NCBI GenBank assembly: GCA_964057225.1 | Contig: OZ059899.1 | Span: forward strand, 12,524,001-12,588,000 | Reading direction: 5' to 3' | Source: Auanema rhodensis | Lineage: Eukaryota; Animalia; Nematoda | Length of the DNA: 64,000 nt | Shown here: positions 55,239 to 64,000 of the stretch, piece after piece | Layout: each line of letters begins with the position of its first letter | Numbering within the stretch: position 1 is the first letter of the stretch | Notes under the pieces: model-generated | The model's database searches: none | What the model was told of the DNA's origin: nothing | Seen by the model: only the letters and a program-made list of their open reading frames with translations | Translations under genes and position numbers: made by a program

Positions 55239-56871
55239 AGCTATTTAAAGAGTTTTGTACAGAACATCCTCCTTTCCAATTACTTGTTTTGAATACAGAA
55301 ACAGATAAATGTGATGAAATATATTTGAAAGCACAACGACGTTCTTCTCTCTTATAAGGTTTGTGATCAAAATAAATTCTAATTAGTTCAAAACCAATGC
55401 TATGCCTTGTGATTATATCCACAAAGAACATGACACATATAGTATGTCACGCGGTACTCAAAACACATTTTCTCTTTTCACTTCAGATCCCTATTGAGAG
55501 AAAAAGAAGCTGCTCAAAATCCTTATTCACATTACATGAACTTAGATTTCTTAAAGTTCAAAAAAAAGCTTCTAATTCTTTTAACTTTACTCTAATCAAG
55601 TTTTAAGTTAATTCATATGTGTTTTTTTTTCTTGGATTCATTTATGACTTGTGTATATTTGGAGCATGATGTGATGAGTGTGATTGGCTAGGGGGCACAA
55701 ATTGCAGAAACGAGCAACGGCAACGGCAGCAGCAGCAGCAGCAGCAGCAGAAGCAGAAACAGAAGCATAAGCAGAAGCAATAGCAATAGCAATAGCATTA
55801 ATATCGAAGCAACAGATGAAAAATTCCAAAAAAAAGCAAAAAAAAAAAAATTTCTATATATAGTTTATAAGTATAGTCATATATTTATAAACAATATGTA
55901 TAACTATATATATATATAGTTAGATATATTTATACATGTATGCTTATAATATAATTGGAAAAATTAAACTTGGAAACAAAAAAAAAAGATAAAAAAATCA
56001 TGAAAATAGGGTACATTTCAACAAATTTTAAGATGAGATTATGATGAAATATGCTATTAGAGGACTAGAAATACTGAATTCAGAAGAAGTTGTGACAGTT
56101 AAAACATCAAAGATTTTTCTACACAAAATATACAGAAGTTTCAGACAATAATGATGACGTAAAGTCTGTAGAAAGCTGATAGAAGAGCTGTTGCTCCGGG
56201 TCATCAGCTTCATCAAATGTAGTCGAAAGGATGAGAAGCTGGGAGTCTATGAGCTGTAGATGAGAAGAAAGACAACACAAATGAGTAACAAGTATGGAAG
56301 AAAAAACTTTTTTTTGTCACAAAACTGGCTACTAACTTCATCCCAAACTCAATAATAGTATATAAAATGAATTGAAATAGCTTAGCAACGAGTTAGAAAA
56401 CAAAAAATTACGGTTTAGCTAAATGATTGGAAAACTTTCCAAAGACACAGACAGAGAGAGAGAGAGAAAGATATAGAAAGATATAGAGAGAGAGAGATAG
56501 AGAGAGATGGTTAGAGAGAGTGTGAATTAGAAAGAGAGAGAAGGTTAGAGAGAGAGTGAATTAGAGAGAAAGAGATGGCTAGAGAGAGAGAGAGAGACTT
56601 CATCAGCCATATAGTATATATACATATATAGAAGCAGAAGTTTTATCGAAATTAGAACAATACAATCAAAAATAAACTAAAAATTGAATGAGAAAACAGC
56701 ATGATCTTGACTAGACAGAGGTAAACTATCTCAGGATTTGTAGCTTGATTTGAAATTTTTGTTTTTTGTACTTAAATCTTGATCTTGTATGATCTATACG
56801 TTGTTTCTTGAGGTAAATAACATAAATAGTAGTCGCTTATAGAAGTTGTTAGCGGGAAAGAGGGTGGAGAC

Positions 56872-56920
<49 letters not shown>

Positions 56921-57687
56921 AGGGAGAGAAAATGAAAGAGGTAAAATGATAGTATGATGGGAGGGGGCAAAGAGACAAAAACTGAAAAGGCGAGAGACTA
57001 CATCCAATTAAAATTTCAATTAATGACATGAGAAAAAGTAAAAGATGATATAAACTGAGAAGAGATGAAGTGAGAATGGCAGGAACGGATGGAGCTTAGG
57101 AGAGAAAAATCAGAAGAAGCTTCTGATGTCTATGAAGTTGATGATAATGATGTGAAGTTGAAGAAAGAAGTGAAATACATGAAAAGAGAATATGCATGAA
57201 AGAATCATCATTTGATTTATCATCATTTACAAGGAAAAATGAAACTGGAAAGACCAAAATGAGAAAAAAGAAAGTCGAAGAGGAGGGGTGAGGAGGAGGT
57301 TGTATGGAGTTGTACAGGAAAGGCTGTGTAGCTCGTCTGAAATTTCATACGACAACGACGACGACAACTACGACGACGACGACGACGACGACGACTAGAA
57401 TTCTTGACGTAGCATTTCCGATTTCTAGTGTCTTGCACAATTTGAAGACGAAGAAGAAGTAAGATTATGATGAGAAAGTGTGGAGGAGGATGACGATGAA
57501 GATCTGCTCTTATACTGGCCTTCAACTGGCTCTAGCCGGCAATACTAACGGAGGGCAGTATATCTCTCATTTCGTATTGTCTATATATAGAATATAAATT
57601 ATTTAAAAAAGGATATATATCATATTCTGTTCATGTGTTTTTGGAAGAGAAACTGAAGAAGAAGAAGAAGGAGACGTTTACGAATCT

Positions 57688-57746
<59 letters not shown>

Positions 57747-58112
57747 TCTCTGCTTTTGGCATTCCGTCTTGAAGTCAGTCAACAAAAAAAGGAATGTGAT
57801 ATTTGTACCTGTGATGATGGCTGATACATTGACATTTCATTCATTTGGACTTCTTTTTTTTTGGGATTTTTCGATATGCCAGTTTCAGCATAAGTGGAAA
57901 GGAGAAACTCTAGATAACAAGAGCGTTGTATGAGCTTTCTCTCTCTTTTTTTTTCTCTCTCTCTCTCTTAAGCTATTAAGAATTGTTAATATTAACTGAA
58001 CTCGTTAATAAAAAGACAATTAACTCATTCATCAATTCAGTCATCTTGATATGCACATGAACTTGTTATAAATGAAAAATAAGTTTAATACAAAAGAATT
58101 TGGGCGACAAAT

Positions 58113-58113
<1 letters not shown>

Positions 58114-58187
<74 letters not shown>
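58114..58187. repeat. (GA)n microsatellite
   Basis: Seen directly. Confidence 0.95.
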
Positions 58188-58190
<3 letters not shown>

Positions 58191-58582
58191 AAGAAAAAGA
58201 GATAATGAGAAAAATCTCTCATATGGTGAAGAAGTTCATGTAGTACCTGTATTCGAGCATTTTGAATAAGAAAACCTTAATACTGGTTTACAGTTATTAG
58301 TAATTTTCTTATTTTGTTTTTCAAAAATATAAACAAAGAAAAGACAAAATGGATGTTTTTGTCTGCTCGTTAACAGTCGTACTGATTTTCGTCTCTGATT
58401 TCAACTGCATGGAATGAAAGGAAATGGAACAGCTCATTCCTTAGATATTGAAACGAAATAGAAGATAAAGCTAGAGAATGAGAAGGAGAGAGTGGAAACA
58501 GAAGATTTTGAAATGAAAAGATTCTTAGACTATTTTCCTTTTTCCTGCAGCTTTCTAGTCTATTTTGGCTTCCTTTCTCCAT

Positions 58583-58657
<75 letters not shown>

Positions 58658-59100
58658 CCCTCCCCTCTCTCTCTCTGTTACCTTTATCATTTTTGTTTCT
58701 TCTTCTTATTTCTGTTGCCATTTAAGTCTTTTTGTCTTCAAATTTCTCATTTTTTTCAGCCCGGGAGGAATGACCAATCGGAAGAAGATCTATTTACTTA
58801 GTGTCTCTTTTATAAATGAATATAGTTACTAAAACGAAACACACACACACACAAACACATACACACGCATAACTAGTCGAGGCCAAATGAGAGGAATCGA
58901 GAACGACTACGACGCCGGCATCCCAACATCATGTGGCCGTAGGGCCTCAGGGTAGTTAGTCGAAGGCAATACTTGAATAAGCGACGACGACGTCGGTGAT
59001 GGAAGAGACGGCGTGTAGGACAGAGTTCAGTTCACTTTCTTCCTTTCATCTAATAGTTGCTTTTTTATTTCAAACATGGATTTATATGAACCGGGTCGAT

Positions 59101-59104
<4 letters not shown>

Positions 59105-59165
<61 letters not shown>

Positions 59166-59220
59166 GAGAGAGAGAGAGAAACAGAGAGAGAAACAGAGAG
59201 AGAGAGAAACAGAGAGAGAG
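59105..59220. repeat. (GA)n with GAGAAACA interruptions
   Basis: Seen directly. Confidence 0.95.
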
Positions 59221-60164
59221 AAAGATTTGTATGTATATATCTTTTGAAGAAGAAATGAAGGTGTTTGTTAGAGAAAGTGGAACGAAGAAAAAATACAGAT
59301 GAAAATATGAGGATATGAGGAAAGAGTTGATAGGAAATAGAGAGAGAGAGAGAGAAATTAAACAATTTAAAAGAAAAAGAAGACGATGAGATTTCTCAAT
59401 AAACAACACATTATAATGGAAATAGACAGTTAGAGAATATGAAAGAATACATGAAAATTGGAGAACAAATGAGATCTAGAGAGATCCGTAAAAGGTACAG
59501 AAAACAGAGGGAAAACTATGAACAACGGATTTGCTCCACAGCGATTACTTCAAGCTGTTACTGCATCGATAATGAGCTTAATCATATTGCTTCAGGCTTT
59601 TTATGTACATGAGTCGATGTAAAGAGACTTCGAGTAAGAAGGGAATATGAATAAGAGAGAGAGAGAGAGAGAGCAAAAGAGAAGAGAAAGCGAGAGAGAT
59701 AGACAGAAGGCGGGGGGGGGGGCTGGTAAAATTTTAGAACATATGCCTTGTATTATCTTAAACTCCTTCTGTTATCAGGGAGAACCTGTTAATACGGACA
59801 GCTGGAAAAGTTTCTCTTTCTCTCTCGTTCTCATTTCTCTTCACCTTTCTCTTCATATACAAGTCTCACTTTTCATCATCTTTCTATTAAAGGGATTGAG
59901 CTAAGCTCGACTGAGAGCGTCGTTGTCGTCGTCGTCGTCAACGAACTTTGGTGACGGCTGTTAACATCGAAGTATAAAATAATTAGACAAGTAACATATC
60001 AATTTTGGAAGAGAAAATAATCTAACTATACGAAGTAAAATCTAATAATTATCAGAAGAAAATACGAGATAACTTTGTTTTTTTTATTCAATTTTTGATG
60101 TTAAAAATTATCAAAAAAGAAAGAGAAAGAAAAAGAAGGAGAGAGAGAGAGAGAGAGAAAGAGG

Positions 60165-60200
<36 letters not shown>

Positions 60201-60681
60201 GAAACTGAATATATATATATATATAGAAACTTTCAAGAAGAATACTATAGATTTAGAAAAAAAAAAGATGCAAATAGTTTGATTGATTGAGAAAAACAAT
60301 TACAAATATCTCTATTTTGATTATTTTTCTAGGACATTGTTAAAAGAAAAATGAAAAAAAAACGAATATCAAAAGAATAAATAGTAAAATTGTTGAAAAA
60401 AAATAAAATAATGAGAGCAAACCTGTGAGTATCGTCTGATCGCTTCGAACATTATCAGCTTTTATGTGTGTTTGAAATAAAATTCTATCTATTTGTCATT
60501 ATGTATCTCATAAACAGATACTTCGATATTCAGAATATACGTATATGATTCTGAGATTTGTAAGCGACGACAATGACGACGATGATAAAGCTGATTAACT
60601 GATTCAATCAGATAATTTAGTATTTGAGAAGCAAATGGTTTCGATGACGTTGAAATTTGAGAAAAAAGCTGAAAACTGTAC

Positions 60682-60816
60682 CTTTATACGACTAGCTGAA
60701 CGAATTTTTGGCAACAGGCCGACGACAGTCATTGAGCTACTTTGAGAGGATGTTGTACGTGTTCGATTTGGACTAGAAGCTGCTGCTCTGTGATGTGGCT
60801 TCAGCAGTGCCGACAT
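60682..60816 (-). CDS. Probable distal first coding exon of the SCYL2-like gene
   Basis: ATG MSALLKPHHRAAASSPNRTRTTSSQSSSMTVVGLLPKIRSASRIK|gtacag is phase 0 and joins the acceptor at 50213 (ELTMVPNR...) in frame. A CTTCAG acceptor lies about 50 nt upstream. Confidence 0.55.
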
Positions 60817-62326
60817 CGACGGATTATAGGGCAGTAAATTTTCGAATAAGTTGTGGAATAGAAGCTGAAGTAGCTAGACAGGTATTTAAATCCACGGCAA
60901 TAATAAGAGTAAGAAGTAAAAGAAATCAGGAGATGGGGTGGACACCCAGAAAAGAGGGGAGGAAATAGGCCAAGAAAAGGGTTTTTGGAGGAGAGTATGT
61001 GTGTGAGTTTGAGTATAACACGACAGAGTCAGTTGAATAGACAATATGCCCCCGATAGGAAGCAGCTTTTTCACAGATACGTTCTCCACTTCTAATTTCA
61101 GTAACGACGACGACAACGACGACGTGGTAGAGCTCCTTCTCTGCGTGTGTGTATGCGTCTCAGTAGCTGTGTAGTGTGACTCGGGTTGCTACTAGCACGA
61201 CGACTGATGGTTCTTCACTCTATTCAGCTTGCCTTGTCGCCTTCTGCTTCTCGCCTCTACTGCTCTGAATGCTCCTCCCTCTCTTTTAGGGGTCTCATAG
61301 CACCCTCACCCCCCTCCTCCTTTCCTCCGTTTCCTGCCTGCTCTTGCTTACCCTCCTTTATGACTTTGCTTGCCCCTGTTTCTCTTGCTCTTTTCATGCT
61401 TTTCCCTCTATCCATCTTTCTATATTTCTTTTTTTTCTTTTGGCTCATTACCTTATGACTCTTCTTCATTTGTCTTTCGTCTGTGTGTCCTACAAACCAT
61501 ACACATACATCCTGAGCCTATGGTCAAATGGAAAAACGCTTAGAGAAGAGTATAAGAAGGAGAATGTGAGATGAAAATAGGCAAAGAGATAGAGTAGGTA
61601 AATGAGTGTTAAGGGGCGAAAAGAAGAAAAATGAAAAACGGAAAGCAAGTGAGAAATAGCTGATGTAATGGAGAGAGCAATTAGATAGCATGAAGCATGC
61701 ACCAAAAGTCTTCTGCCAATCAGTCAAGTACCAGACCTTCTCTCCCTCTCTCTCTCTCAAAGACACACAGTTTTTTGTACCTTTCATTATCCTTATATTC
61801 TCTCAATTCATATAATATATGGTTTTCTATTTTCTCATTTTCTTAACAGTCTATTCCCTTGTTTTCAACTTATAATAGCTAACTATATCATATAGTTAAA
61901 ACTACTCTATTATCTACAAAATTCAAACTAATAAAAGTTCAAATTCTCTTGCCATTTGCACCAACCTATATATTTGAATGCAAACATTTTTTTTTCTCTT
62001 CTTCCGTAAAATGAAAAGTTCGACTTTTTAAATCTAAATGTGAGATGAATACGGAACTTGTTCAGGCACAATGGACAGATCATGTATGCGTGGTTGACCG
62101 TGGTTTTGTGTGAAACCAAATATAGCTGTTTCACTCAAAGAAATGAAATGAAATAATAGCAAAAAAAATAATCAAAAAAAAGAAGAAGAAAGCTATGATG
62201 AAGACGAAGCTGAAGACAACATCGCAGATGAGGAACAAGCAACTGAATTCTATTTTCCTTTACCACTCTACTTGCGCAACACTTTTACATTTACATGGCG
62301 GAGCATTGGTTTGGAAATTATGAATT

Positions 62327-62373
<47 letters not shown>

Positions 62374-63888
62374 CTATTTTCTGATACTTTTGACTCTCTT
62401 ACCACATAATATAACACATATTCATGCGATATGTCACACTGTGTTATACATGTTATATAAGAATTTTGTTAATTTTTGCCCTTTTTTCGCTTCATAAACT
62501 CCATGTTCTAATGTATTTTGTTGATATTTACTTGGCTATAATTGACTTTTAAAATTCGATTATCCAGCCGATTGTAGTCGAACGATAAAATGAAAGAACA
62601 ACGTAAAAGCGGAATTGGATTTGGAAGAGCAATGTATCTTAACTCCCACCATTTCACGGTCCCTCCCCACCTTAACTCTTCTCCAACTTCCTTTCTCCTT
62701 TTCAGCTTTTCTTTTCAATTAAACTTTTCTCCTATATCTTTATCTCTATATGTATCGGTGCTGATGATGTAGAGTACGAAGAACAATCAGACTTACAGAC
62801 ACACATACACACTATATTGCGATTTCTGATCATCTGGGTTATGAAAACTGCATTCATGCGAGCATGGTTTCATCATTTTTCGAGCATTTTCCCGTTTTTT
62901 TATGAAAAAAAGCGGAATATGTGGTCGAGAGAATGCTTTGTTGTGCTAGGAAGTAACATAAAGTCTATATGAATCTTGATAGTTTGGCAATAATTGGTTA
63001 GAGGATAGGACTAGATAGTTAAATGTGAAATTCAGCAGCAAGAAGTGAATTAGCAGTTATGAAACAGATCTCTCAACTCAAAATAACTATTAAATCTCTT
63101 GAATATATGATCAAAAGAATACAGAAAATAAGGTAAAAACTGTATGAAAACATATGTAAAAACATATTTAGTATCTTCACATCACTAGGGAAAAATATTC
63201 ATAAACAGAACATAATATTATAGATTATGGGGTATATATATGCGAAAAATTGATGATAACTATACAAGTCTTCTGCCATTTCTCGAAAAATAACTATATG
63301 GTTAAAGAGAGAGAAAGAGAAAGAGAGAGAGAGAGCGAGAAAGAGGGACGGACGGACGGGCCAATCAGCTGTTTTACTGTTAACTGCAGCACTTTGCGAT
63401 TTAAAGAAAAAAAAAGTAAAAATATATTTTTATAAAATAAAATAAAGAAGCAGTGAAGGACTTGTTCACCTTAAAGATGCTGTTAAGATCTTTCAATTTT
63501 TTTTCTTTTTTTCCCATAAAGAAATGTTGTTAGTAGAACTTGTTGTAAATCGTAATTTTCAAGAAATTGTTCAAATTAATTGATTTAATGTTTGTCGAAT
63601 AGTTCTGGAAGGAGTACAAACTTCTAAACTTTTTCAGCTTTCTGAATTCTAAAGGTCGACGAGAAACTTTATTCTTCTCTTTTCTCTTTCTCTTCCTTTC
63701 TCTCTCTCTCTCTCTCTGGAAATCTAACTCTCTCTTGTTCAATTTTCTAAATTTCTCTCTTTCTTTTTGTTTCTCTTTGTTCAGAAATTTTCAATGTAAA
63801 ACTCAGATATTCAGCTACGTATGGATTTCAAGAATCTTCATTTTCCTTTGAACAAATTGGAGGAGATAGAGATGAAGAAAACGAATAA

Positions 63889-63942
<54 letters not shown>

Positions 63943-64000
63943 GTAGAGAGAGATAGTGAGATAGAGAGAGAGAGGTAGAGAGAGATAGTGAGATAGAGAG
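63889..64000. repeat. Compound (GA)n/GATA satellite with a duplicated higher-order unit, running off the window end
   Basis: agatagagagag units, then gagaggtagagagagatagtgagatagagag occurring twice. Confidence 0.9.

Noticed and set aside
57223-57525. Arg-rich protamine-like minus ORF
   Set aside because: Arises from a (CGA/CGT)n triplet run; no ATG start or supported splice partners.
18906-62133. CTGTTTCA piRNA upstream (Ruby) motifs at about 18906, 29525, 35421, 40773 and 62126
   Set aside because: Few and dispersed, one lies in coding sequence; not cluster-like.

Overview
AT-rich, (GA/CT)n microsatellite-dense eukaryotic DNA from a nematode, probably clade V/rhabditid, judging by very short 42-60 nt introns, TTTCAG-type acceptors and nematode-specific gene families. 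I traced six multi-exon genes by hand, with reading frames consistent across junctions: (1) paramyosin unc-15 (+, 136-14478, 18 exons); (2) a HOT/ODR-2-type Ly-6 GPI protein (-, 17862-22284) with two candidate signal-peptide first exons; (3) a NAS-30-like astacin metalloprotease (-, 25052-31518, 23 exons) with a ~500 aa low-complexity pro-region; (4) a worm-specific Argonaute resembling the CSR-1 clade (+, 36723-41078, 26 exons) with an RGG-repeat N-terminal exon and a degenerate slicer site; (5) a 110 aa three-finger Ly-6/uPAR gene (+, 41734-42240); (6) a SCYL2-like pseudokinase (-, 43057-50204, probable first exon at 60682-60816). The ORF track largely misses both Ly-6 genes. Non-coding features are an 82-bp tandem repeat, a recurrent ATATAGTTAA motif that often forms palindromes, TCACGTGA clusters, and GC-AG and AAG splice sites. 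I recognised no tRNA, rRNA, CRISPR array or intact transposon. Family assignments rest on recalled motifs, not on database searches.
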